This document shows positions 23,931 to 35,806 of a stretch of DNA of 64,000 nt, one piece after another. The notes beneath the pieces were generated by a model. It saw nothing but the letters and a program-made list of their open reading frames with translations. It was not told the DNA's origin and did not search any database. How positions within the stretch are numbered: the first letter of the stretch is position 1; every line of letters starts with the position of its first letter. Both the position numbers and the translations under genes were made by a program. Origin of the DNA: Camelus ferus (taxonomy: Eukaryota); assembly GCF_009834535.1 (NCBI RefSeq), contig NC_045696.1, positions 49,540,001 through 49,604,000 of the forward strand, written 5' to 3'.

Positions 23931-25809
23931 TTAAAAAAATTAATCATGATAGTCATTTATTGAAAGCCTGTGTCTGGAACAGACAACAGCAACAGCAAGG
24001 TGCAAAGTGCAGTCTGTACCTTCAGGTAATTCGCAGTCTAGTTAAGGAGCTGACCTTCCCATTAAGCTGTGTGGCTCCGAGTTCTCCGTCTGATCAGACC
24101 AGGATGCGCATCCCCTCAAGGGGACTTAGAGTTGGGGAAGGATACCTGGAGGGTTGCCCAGAGGACCAGGGGAGTCTTGTATGCAATCTGAGGGCAGCTG
24201 ATTACGAGAGCCAGAAAATCCTCTTTAGCTGCTTTGTCCTCCCATCCCAAGTTCAGCTGTCACACTTTGCCATCTCCAGACATCCAAGGCCTTTGGGGAA
24301 AATTTAACTCTCTGTGACAAGACCATATTGCTGACTCTGCTTCTGCTCTCCCCATGGCCCCATCAGTTACCCTCCTAACCCTGCCATGTTATTCCTAGAT
24401 CAAGAGTAGGAATATTACAAAATGCTTTCCTTTAAATGAATCTTTTTGCATATTTGATCATGCCCTCCCCAGCCATGGAATAGTGATACATATGTATCAC
24501 TCACCACCCCCCGCCAAACACACACATACTACCCATCACCCAACGCACACTGAGCCATGACCTTAGCCTCGCCCTCAAGAGAGCCCAGATTCTACTGCCT
24601 GCTTTTGTTTACCCTTTATAAGGATCCTGCCAGACAGGCCCCCTAACATCTCAGATCCTAGGAGCCTGCTGCTGTCACCTGCACGCTGCTGTTTCAGCAC
24701 ACTTCTGACTCTAAGGATTTGGTGTCTGACACGTGCTCTGAGCTGACCTCTCCTCCACGTGTCAGCTCAGCCCCCCGTCTCTCCCTGGCCCCTAAGAGCT
24801 TATAAGTACAGACGCACTAGAGGGAATGGTGGTGAAATGCTTTAGCTCCTGTAACTTTGCTTTTGGGAAAAGCGCAAACCACTTTATAAATGCTGACTAA
24901 CCCTAATTAGAGATCCAAACCAGGCCTGCAGAGGAGGGAGTATTTATAGACATTGTCATAGGTGGGTGTGTTTGTGTGTGTGAAAAGAATTTGAACACAC
25001 GTCAAGAACCAAATTTAGGTGGAGGAGAACTGTGACTAAATCTGTTTGAGTATTTCCACATGTGGATAAGGAGGAGTCCTGACACATTCTCGCATCTATA
25101 GGAATGTTATATTGCTGAACACCCATGAGGCTCAAATAGGGGGATGGCATTACTAGGCCGCTAGGTATGACCTGGATCTGGCCACAGAGGCCTGCACCGC
25201 TCTCGGGGATATCTAGGTTCTGTTCTCCATGAAACATCGGCAGTCTTTCTTGGATTCATTGTCTGCTAAGCAGCTGACATATTCTAAGAGACTACCAGGG
25301 TTTTGAAAAAAGTTTCTAGTTATTCTAGAACTATCATCTAGAAGGTATTATGTCTTCTCGGAGAAAATTCTATCAGTATGTTTTTCTCTGTACAGACCTG
25401 ACAAAATCTAAATAAAAGAAAAAGTAGGAAGTCAGTTGCACCCCATAACATGAGGCGACAGTCTGCAGTAACTGTGGCAATGAGAAATCCTGGACTCTGG
25501 GAGACTGTTTTACAAACATGTATGATCTGAAGGCTTATCTACTGAAAGCAGTATTCTTAAAGTACAGTTGAAACCAGATTTTAAAAAATGAACAGATAAA
25601 GGTGAAGACAGCCTCCTTCCCTCCCTCTCTCCCTGGGTTTACGTCTAAGTGATTGTCCTGGCAGGAGGTGTCCCTACAGAGCCTCATAAGAACTAAATGA
25701 ACACATTGTGTCAGTTTAACTAAAAAAAATTATTGGTGCTTGTTTACTCTTTTTGCTTCTTTGGGTTTCTCATCGCCTGTATTTTCAAAACGTATTTATT
25801 TGAAGGAAA

Positions 25810-27320
25810 AGTATTTATTCAAAGGGTATTTATCAAGTGCCCTTTTATGTCAGGTACTGTGCTAAATTAAGTGAATATGGAATAAGATTCTTTTCCCTGG
25901 TCTTCATGAAGTTATGATCTTAGAAGAAAGCCAAAATTCAAACACTATGGAGAAAAATGCATAGGGTTCAGTAACACTCAGGGAACAAGTGCCTACTCCA
26001 CTTCTGGTAGGAGGCGGAAAGCCCGGTAGGTTGGGCTTCCGAGAGGGGCTGACCCTTGGGTTGAGTCATAAAGAGCAGTTAGTAAATATCCTGGTGTTAC
26101 AGGTAGAGAGAAGGGTGGTACAGTGCGGAGGTACCAAGGACTGAGAGAGAGGGTGACCTTGAGGAAACCCAAGCATAGATTTCACCTAAAGAAGGTAATG
26201 GAGATGACTCTGGGAAAGTAGGCTAATGAGCCACGTGTCATGCCAAGACTTAACATTAAATGTTATCCCAAGGCAAAAAAGCAGCCATGGAAGGGCTTGG
26301 TCAGCAATGGATTAAAAGCCCTAAAATAACTGCATAAGGGTGAAGAGAAAAAAAATGACCCATCAGTTCTTAGGGATGCAGAGTGGTAATATGAGAAATT
26401 CATTATTTCTTTTATTCTATTTAATACATCTATGTTGATTATCTTCCATATGCCAGTCCCTCTCCTAGGCACTGGTGATCCAGTGATGATCAGTACGGAC
26501 ATGGTTCCTGCCTTCTCCAGTCTAGTTGGAGAAATGGACATTCAATCAACAGTTGTAACACAATATGTAAGATGATAGGGGAGGGAGAGATTACTGTTGG
26601 AAGAAGCATATAGCAGAGATATCTTAACAAGACTTGGGAGTCCAGGGAGGCCTCCTGGAAGAAGTGATAAATACACTGCAATCTGAAGAATGCAGAGGAA
26701 CCAGCCCCCAGGATAAGAGGAGGGAGGCTGGGCTTCCGAGAGAAACAATATGGGTGGAGACCTCAAAGAGAGAAGATGGCCCATTCAACCAACCAAAATG
26801 GTCACACTTAGTGTAAGCAAGGAGGAGAGGGGCAAGGGGTGAAGTGGCAGAGACTGAGAGGTCTCATAAGCCAAGTTAAAGTGATTTAGCTTTACCTGCC
26901 CAGGTGTGGGGAGGGTGCCAGGCAGGTGAATGACACGGCAGCTTTGTGTTTTGGAAAGATCACTCTGGCTGCAGTCCACAAAAGGGGTTGGAAGTGGGAA
27001 GAACTGTAACCAAGGAGACCACTTAGGTTGCTGATGAGGTCATCCGAGTGGGAGATGATGCTGACCTGAGAAGGAGAGTGACTGTGGATGAAGGGAAAGG
27101 GACAGAAGCAGGAGATATATAGGAGTAAGTATCAGCAGGACTTGGCGATTTGTTGGAGGGTAAAAGAGAAGGTACAACTGTCTTGGGTGACTGGGAGAAG
27201 GACGACGGCATTCCCAGAAAGAGGGATACAGGAGAAGGAGTAGGTTTAGGGGTGATGGAGGGAAGCAAATACACTTAGTTTGGAACATGCTGAGTTTGAA
27301 GTACCTGTAGGACATATCAG
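25810..27320 (-). mobile_element. L2 LINE fragments (probably two adjacent copies)
   Basis: Reverse L2 3' ends ('tatttatcaagtgccc...gtcaggtactgtgcta'; 'ctatttaatac...tgccag...ctaggcactggtgat') and L2 body 'ttggaaagatcactctggctgcag...tagtttggaacatgctgagtttgaagtacctgtaggacat'. Confidence 0.75.
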
Positions 27321-27484
27321 AATTGGGAGAAGGGATGGAGAACTCCCAGTGGAAATGATTTCAGAGATAAATCTTACATTTCACAATTTGCCCAAACCCC
27401 TACCCTCATTCACAGCTACTATTAAGTTCTATTTAAGATGATTTGAGTTTGAAATTTGTGCTTCATTTTTTTCTGAGTTTGAAA

Positions 27485-27490
<6 letters not shown>

Positions 27491-27528
<38 letters not shown>
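27491..27528. repeat. (TA)19 microsatellite
   Basis: Direct reading. Confidence 0.95.
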
Positions 27529-27532
<4 letters not shown>

Positions 27533-30208
27533 GATTTGAAACTAAATTTTTACTTCTTTCAGGAAATCCATCCTGAATTTCTAGTCCCAAATAAGCGACC
27601 TTCCCAAGCTCATCTAGTGTTCTGTGCATTCTGCATGAATTCTGTCATTTCTTGTTTCACTGTTTCCCCTACCATACTGGCAACTTGGGGGTGGGGTTGG
27701 GTCTAGCTGTGTGCACTACACCACAAACCAGCTGCGAAATGGAAGCTGTTATTCCTTTACCACATCATCAAATACCATTTATTTCACACACTGACATCCA
27801 GGGTTACACGAAGGGGCTTAATAAAAGCAGGAGAATTTTGTAGTAAAATGTTTAATGTCACTTTTTCCCCTACCCTAAACATCTCCCTGTTTTCCTCCTA
27901 AACCTTCAAAGTAGTCCTTTTTTGTGTGTTAAACCTGAAAGGCTGTTAAAACTTGGTTATCACAAAACTGAGAAGGCTCATCAGGGGATGACCAAGTGCC
28001 CCTTGTGAGGTATTACTTTACCAAAGATGGTGCCATCTGTTCAGAGACAGAGCAGGGGGATAATTAGAAAAACAGAGGAAGAATCTCTTATTAATGAATT
28101 ACCTATAACAGTATCTTATTTGGGGATTAGAGTCTATTGAACATTTAAGGAAGAGAAAGTCTTTCAAAGAAAAATAGATACCTAGCTATACCTAGAGGGC
28201 TTTAAAATGCCTCCCACGGAATTAAAAACCCTTTGACTCACATAAATCAGAGGCCTTAGGGGCTGATAGACTATCCACGGCAGTAAATTCCCCTGGCGGC
28301 CTGCAGAGTTCTTGGGAGGCTTGCCTCCCCCTTGAAGCCCTCCAGGACACCTTAAGGCCAGGAGTGGGACTGTCTGGACAAGCCTTTAACCAAAGACACT
28401 CACTTGCATTTGTTTTTATATATACGTATTTCATCTGGCAGCACTCCAGGCTGAAAGTACCCTGGAAAGCTCTGATTTACCTCACCTTTTTCTAGCTCAT
28501 TTAGCCAGTTGGGCTAGACCAGGACCAGCCCTCTGGATTCCCAGGCTGATGTCTGACCTCAGCCAGTGGGATGCCCCTTGGCTTCTCAGCCCAGGAAAAA
28601 TATGTTGATCAACATCCTCTGCTTCCACATGTTCTGCCTTGCTTCAGAACACAGTTGCTTTGTTGCACTGTGAATAATTATGAATTAAATAGGCAAGTGA
28701 TTAAAAATTAAATTGTCCACATGGCCCTGTCAGATTTTGCTGGCAGTTTAATGGTTATTAATACTCCCCCATATACCCCATGGAAAATAATCAAGTCTGA
28801 TGGATGAAGTTTATCCCATTGGGTTAGCAAGCTTTAAAGATATTATTCTTTGGTTTGGGAACCTGCTAACCAGTCCCCTGATCTTGAACCTTGGGCCCAT
28901 ATTGGCTCTGTTTTGTATATCCTAGAGATGCCTCAGCCTTTCTGCAATGGTCAACATGGAGTCAAGTTCTCTACAAATGCTGACTTTTCCCAAGGACTTA
29001 ACTTCAGTGCATGAGACAGGAAGCCCCAAGGAGATGCTATTATGAGATAATTTATACACACATAAGTTGCAGGAAATCTATTCTCCGGGACTTTTCCTTT
29101 TAAATTGTTTAATGCAATATTTTATTCTAGCTGCTCCTTTCGTCATCCTTTCTGGTTTATTTTTGTCCTCTGTGTTTTCTAACACATTCCTCTTCATTGA
29201 CCCAGATAACTCAAGATAGAAGGACAAATGGGGATAAACGGAACTGGGGGCATACAGGTGCTGGGGGAGAGAAGGTGCGGAGAGCGAACTCTGCCTACTT
29301 AAAGAAGATGAATGGACCAAAGAGAAGTTGGGGAAAGGATCAGGAGAGCTGGGCTCATCTGCCCCAAGCAACTCTCTAAATAGCTGTTCGTTCAAGTAAG
29401 CGAGAGTGCTTGCCCTTATTCTATATACGTGTGTTCAGCACCTACTATCTGCCAGAAACTTACCAAGTATGGGGATATGGGCGTGAATTTGACATGATCC
29501 CACCCTCAAAATCTAAGAGTCAGCTGTCAGTGACAGACATGTAGATAATCCAAGCCAGTGTCCCAAGTTCATCAGGTATGAATAAGATGCGGTAGAAACA
29601 CAGGGCAAAGAGCAGTTAAATCTGCTTGATTGAGTCACAGACAAATGACCATGACCTGAGTTACATACAAGTAATTAACATGGAAAGACAAGAGACAATG
29701 AGGTTGTTCCCATGTTCCCGGGGACTCTAAGGGTTTCTTTCTTTTTTTTTTTTTTAAATAAATCTTTGTCTATGTTCAATAACCATAAGGCCCAATTCTC
29801 GTACATATTTTTACAAATAAGTGTGTTCTTAGGTCAGGCCACAGAAATATTGTAATATGCACAATTACAATCTGTTCAGATCAAATTTATTGCAATATTC
29901 ATAGAGATTAAATACCTGAGTCATAATATGAGGTGCTTTTGTGCAAAAGCTGCCCTAAACATCTTCAGATTTAAGGACATGTTCATTTTTATGTCTTTTC
30001 TTACTGTTTTTTAGCTTATATCTATCTTTAATTTTTATTCACATCGGAGGCAGTAGAAAAAATAGTTCAGGGTATGGGTTCTGTGTTGGTGGACTTAGGA
30101 TCACATCCTAGTTACTAGTCATGTGACTTCAAATAAAACGTTTAACCTCTCTGTCACTTAGTTTTCACATCTGTAAAATAGAAATAATTATAGTACCTAT
30201 TTCACAAG

Positions 30209-30788
30209 TGCAAAGAGGAAGCACAATCCACAAGAGCACCCTCACTCTGACACCAGTTGCAAGTTTGGGGGTCCTCAAGATCATCCTTAGGTTCGATAAT
30301 TTGCTAGAAGGACTGACAGAACTCACCAGAAGCTGCTATACTCCATTACCATCTTTTACAGCTAGAGGCATAGACTACAGCCAGCTAAGTGAAGAGTCCT
30401 AGAAAGTCTCAAACGTGCAAATTCCAGTTGTCCCTCTCCGCTGGAGTCATGGACAGTGCTGCTTTTCTGGTATTGATATGTGACAGTATGCACAAAGCAC
30501 TGCTAACCTGGAAAGCTCGCCCTACCCTTGGTGTCCTGGAGTCTTTGTTGAGGATCCACATGGCTGATCTCAGCATTCAGCCCCCCAGGCCAAACCTGTT
30601 CCTGAGTGACTCAATCCTCCCCACCATAAATCTCATCCTTAGACTTTTTGATGTGGCCCCAAGGCTCCCAGGTAAACAAAGATACTCTTATCAGGCAGGA
30701 TATTCCAAGGGCTTAAGAGATTACCTCCCAGGGGCCAAGGACAAAAGCCAGACCTCTGCCTGGGCAAGCTTAAAGTCTTTACTACACA
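30209..30788. mobile_element. ERVL-class (MER21-like) solo LTR nested in a MIR
   Basis: 'ttaggttcgataatttgctagaaggactgacagaactcac...ttccaagggcttaagagattacctcccaggggccaaggacaaaagccagacc...actacaca'. TG...CA ends, candidate 5-bp TSD ACAAG/ACAAA. MIR halves at about 30050-30208 and 30789-30890. Confidence 0.7.
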
Positions 30789-33664
30789 ACAAATGTGCTT
30801 AGGAATTAAATAAAGTAATACATGCAATGTGTTTAGAATATTGCCTACTACAAGCCAAGCATAAATTTTGGATATATAGCTATTATTATTAGCAATCCTT
30901 TTTGACTGCCTAGTATGTGCCAAGCATCACACTAGATACTATAGGAAATCTTTAAAAAATTAACAAGGTGTAGTTTATAATTTTGTAGGGGAGATAGTAA
31001 GGATCAAGTAAAACCAATAAAAGTAGAAAGAGGTGAGTACCACAGTAAAGAAACAAGCAAACTGTGCCAGAGACCTGGGGAAAAAAAGAGGTTCCTTCCA
31101 AGTAGGGGTTAAGGGACAGCTGCGGCAGGAGGGCACCTGGGAGCTGCACTGAGGGAGGCAGGATTTCCATATGGGGAGGAGGGCATTCCAGACAGAGGGA
31201 ACCACACGAGTAAAATTAGAGATGGGAGAGCAAGGGCACCTTCAGGGAACAGAGCAGGACTGTCACTTACTGTGACACGAGAAAGAAATGGAAAAGGACT
31301 AGACATACAGACTGAGAGAGGTTTTCAACGTGGTGCTGAGTGCTCTAAGCTTTATCTCGTAGACTCTAGGGAGCCAGTGACAATTTAGGGCCGAAAGAAA
31401 ATGTGCTGTCTCTTTTCAAGTCTCCAGTCTTTCAGCATGATCCTTCCACAACCATATCATCCTCCCTCCCAATACCCACTATTTCACTTGGCCAATTATA
31501 ATTCATCCTGCGAGAAACAGCTCAAGAACTGCTTCTGTGCAAACCTCCACTATGGGACATGTATACTGCCTTTGGGACCTGTTTTCTGCCATACACAACT
31601 GTGTTTTGTCATCTCTGTATGCTTGTCTCAGAATAAGTACCTATAGAAAAAAGAGACAGAACAAAAGAGGAGAGAGACATGCAATCTTGAAATAGCTACA
31701 ATGAATTTAAGCACAAAGAGCAGATATTTCTAGTTAATTTAAGGAGAAACTAGGACATGCAGTAACAGTGCCTAAGGGGAGACAAAATCTTGTAACTGCA
31801 TTGCAAAGTCTTCTCACGGGGTCCCAGGGCTTTAATAATAATAATAATATGCAGAAGAGCTTGCTTACATAACACTTACAAAGCACTTACTAGGCACCTG
31901 AGAAATTCTCCACTTGATTTCTGTAAACCCAGTTAATCTTTACAACTCAGTGATGTAAGTACTATTATCTCCATTTTACAGATGGAGAAGTTGAGGTACA
32001 GAGAAGTTAAGCAAATTGCAACAAAAATCCCAATAACAATACTAGAATTGTAAAAACTTGGTCTTGCTAAATTCATTTAATTGCATCTGAATAAAAGGTA
32101 TTTGTAGAGTTGGAGATTGACCTAGCGCTGGGCTGTAATTTTGGTTCCTTTTGCTGGTTGGAATACAGAGCAGTTTTCTTTTCATCCGAGGCATCTGCTT
32201 CCATGCCAGGACTCTAATGCCTGAGCGCCCACGAGGGTGGTTGTGTTTGAAGGACTGCCTGCTAACCTGTTCCAGTTGAACAAGTCACTTTTTTTCCCCC
32301 AAGAACAGACATCTAGGAGGCTTTTTATTGACTCAGAACAAAAGCAACCCAGTGGTTTAAGTGGACGGTGTAGTAATCACTCAGCAAGGCTCCAGCAGAG
32401 AAAACGTCCTTCTGCCTCTCGGCGGAAAGACCGGCAGAGGCTTTTTGCAGGTGTGTGCTTGTCAGAAGCCTCGTCCTCCAGGGGAAATGTGTTTTCCTTC
32501 ACTTTGCCCGCTGTGTGTAATGTACAAATTTCCTGTAAACCCATCATTTCGTGTAATTTAGATTCCTCCTTGTTGGATTTTCCCTCCTCCTTTTTCCCCT
32601 GTCCTCTGTCAGAGCTCCTGGCTTAGCCCTTCATTTACAGGAGAGGGAAAAACCCTTCTTGTTCTGAGGGGATCTAGCTGAGGAGCTTCCCTGGATCTCA
32701 GCCATTCGGCTGTTTGTCAAATGAATCTTAAAATAACCCTGCCCTGTGGAAACTTTCAGCCGAGCTAAGTGATTAGGAAGGTGTTTTTCTTTTTTCAAAG
32801 TCTTCACAATATATTTCATAGAAATGTCCCAAAAAGCAATGAAATGCCAGTCATTTTGGAGTGAAGGGAACTGTCACCTAAATGCTAAACAAGAAATGAG
32901 CTACTGGCCGATGTGTTCAATCAGCGTGGTGCAGATCCAAGAAGTTGGTCCTCTTGAAAGTGAGAATCCAAGTCGGTGTGAGGGGAGAGAATTTCTCCAG
33001 CAGTTTGATGGAATTCTCGGATGAGCCAAAAATAAATAAATGCCACTGTCAGGCCTGGGAATAATTTGATTTTTTGCAAATATGATGAGTTAAATCTACA
33101 AGCACATTTTCTCCTGAAGTGTAGCAAGTATAAAAGAAATGTCTTATTTCTTTCCAGTGATTAATGATCCTTGTTAAAATAGGGTCATAAATTCCTTTAA
33201 TTAGCTGTTCATAAGTTAGAATCCTTCGACTCTTAAGATAGAAGAGACCCTGAAGTTCATTTCACCCACCTTCCTAAATCTGCAAAAGGAGAAACTGAGC
33301 TCCAGTCTGAACTTAAAAGCTGAAGTTCATACAAGTAATCAGAGCAGACCCAGCACTGGGATTCAAGGCTCTGAGCTGTGGTAACTGCAAAAAAACCAAA
33401 AAACCAAAAAACAAAAAACAGTTGTGTCCTCAACTGAGAGAAGGTTAGAGTGCCCTCGTGTGTCCCTACATGGAAATTCTTCATGTCTTTATAAAATTTA
33501 AAATCACTTTAATCTCTCCGTCAATTTTCCTGCCTTGGGGATAAGGGTCAGACATTTAGCTCTGAAAACAAACCCCGTGATCAGCGTGTTACCGGAAGTA
33601 AATGCACAGTGCATTTGACCTGCTTCATCTGTGAGGATCTGGAGGCAATAACGTCATCCCTGGA

Positions 33665-33880
33665 GTAGATTTGTGTGGATCCGGCTCTGACAGACCTGGG
33701 TTTGTGTCTCAGGCAGCCACCCTGAACTAGTTGCAAAAATCAGTCTGAACCTCAGTCCCCTCATCTGTAAAATGCAGATAATTCCTGCCCTGAAGGGCTG
33801 TGGCAGAGATCAAATGAGATCACGTAAGTAAAGCCTGACATTTGGTATACAATAAACACAACTGAAGTTGTTATTCATTA
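33665..33880 (+). mobile_element. MIR SINE
   Basis: 'gacagacctgggtttg...tctgaacctcagtcccctcatctgtaaaatgcagataat...atcaaatgagatcacgtaagtaaagc'. Confidence 0.75.
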
Positions 33881-34899
33881 TCAGACGTGAGCCTCCACCA
33901 AGGATCACTCGCAAGTTCACAATGAAGGAACTGAAGTGAAGACGCTAGGGAGTAAACAGAACGTCCTTGGGATGCTTTTAGCTCTTGGACTAAGAGGTTT
34001 CCATGAGCGCTGAGGGCAGAGAGAGTACATTTTGAAAGAAATACATACTGAATAAATGATTCCTCCTAAATAAATTCTTCCTTCAGATGGGCAAGTCTGA
34101 ATGGAACTAAGCCCAATGGCTTTCCCTCAGATGAAATCTCTTTCAGAGGTGACACCTGATCTTTGGCACTAAGGGCCCAGCAGTCAAAGAAGAAGACTCT
34201 GCTCTGAAAGAAAAGGTTTGAAAACTGGAACTTTCTTAGGGCATTGGTCCAGTTTTTTTAGAAGTCGTTATTGAGAGGGTAACCATATTAAAATCAGTAA
34301 AGAACAGAAGTGAAAAACAACAGCTGGATGAATTCATCCTTTGATTTTCGTTTTCCTTAACTCTTTGTTTTAGGAAATAAGCTATCTCAGCCTAAGCGTT
34401 GGGCAGAGTGGCACTAAATCCAGTCCTTTTGCCCCAGAGAACTTTCAAAGATTCCCCCTCCCTCCAGTAATTCTGACAGCCATCTTTTTCACACATGCGG
34501 GAGGGAGATATCATTATGTACAGTAATACAAGGAGACCTGACCTTTAAATGTCAGCGGAAGTGTGGAGTCTGGCTATTCTGTCTGCATCTTTCTTCACTA
34601 GCTTATTGGAGAGTTGAGGGAAATAGTCCGATAATAGTGTGTAAGGGGGGAGGGGAGGGGAGGGGACGGGCGAAGGGACCCCCACCTCCACCTGTGCCTC
34701 CCTCTTTGTTTTCACCTAACCAGGGGAAAGGAAATTGGACTGGACTCCGTCATCCAAATACTTATCCTGGACACCACCATCGCTGGAAGGTTAATGTAGA
34801 TGATCACATTGCAAGAGCAGATGAAAGGCTGCTTAGTTTGCTCGCCTCGCTCCTGAGGCCCTGCATCCTTTGGGGGAATCTGTTACCTTCACATGAGAC

Positions 34900-35100
34900 A
34901 AAGACAGCACGTGAGGCCGAGGCATTTATTACTGATTGGAAGTTCATTCTCCGCCCGGCGCGTGGATGTGAAGGATGGGAGTTGCAGCCCCTGGGCGTCC
35001 GCGGCCCTCCGGGTGCTGGGCGGCGCGTGCGCACGCGGCGGTGACAGCGGTGGACCGTGCGGGACTCGTCCCCGCAGTGTGCGGCGTGAGCTGGGCTCCC
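34900..35100. promoter_or_regulatory. Small CpG-rich element in PLCXD2 intron 1 (candidate enhancer or alternative promoter)
   Basis: Local CpG cluster in CpG-poor intron. E-box CACGTG at 34908-34913, an ATTGG, and palindrome CGCGTGCGCACGCG at 35024-35037. Confidence 0.5.
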
Positions 35101-35663
35101 TTTGTGGGCATAAATCTGTAGTCAGCGAAGGAAAAGATACTCTGTGCCTCATACTTGGAAGTCCATATTTGTGTGGATTAAACTGAACAATACGTTTTCT
35201 AGCTGCTGTAGTTACAACACCCCATTCCTGATTTTCATCTCATTTTCTACTTTATGCTTTTGTCCTTTTAGACATCGTTTTTCTCCTTAGACTGCCCCCC
35301 CCAACCTATGCATCTTGCTTATCGATGCTTATATAATTAGCCTTTGTGGTCCAGTTTTAACTCCAGCATACCTTGGGAAAGGTCTTTCATGAAGGAAGTC
35401 CATCTCAACCAGAGGAGCCTCCTCTTGTACGTTTCCACCTTCCTGTCCCTTTTATGTGACATTGCCCACTCCCCCACGAGGTCTGCCCCTGCCTGCAGGA
35501 TCTGGGCCGGGCACTGGGTAAGATGAAGCAAGGAGTGACGGTCCTGCAGAGGAGAGCTCATGGTAGGATGGAGCCTGAAAACAGGGATGGACCAAGACAT
35601 GTGTTTGCTTCCAACAGGTTAATATTATGGCTTCACACTGTCACTTAAAATATATGAATTCTT

Positions 35664-35806
35664 GGGGGGAGGGTATAGCTCAGTGCAGGAGTGCCTGCTT
35701 AGCATGCACGAGGGCCTGGGTTCCATCCTCAGTCCCTCCATTAATAAATAAATAAATAAACCTCATTACCGCCCCTCCCCACAAAAAAAAAAAAAAAAAA
35801 ACCCTA
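35664..35806 (+). mobile_element. tRNA-Ala-derived SINE (camelid Vic-1-like)
   Basis: GGGGGGAGGGTATAGCTCAGTG...TGCTTAGCATGCACGAGG.CCTGGGTTC head, (TAAA)n linker and poly(A). Partial TSD AAAATATATG at 35647-35656 and 35807-35816. Confidence 0.9.

Noticed and set aside
35664..35740. Possible functional tRNA-Ala(AGC) genes (also 43240-43310, 47835-47915, 62221-62298)
   Set aside because: Broken stems, altered A/B boxes, A-rich tails and (in three copies) TSDs show they are SINE copies.
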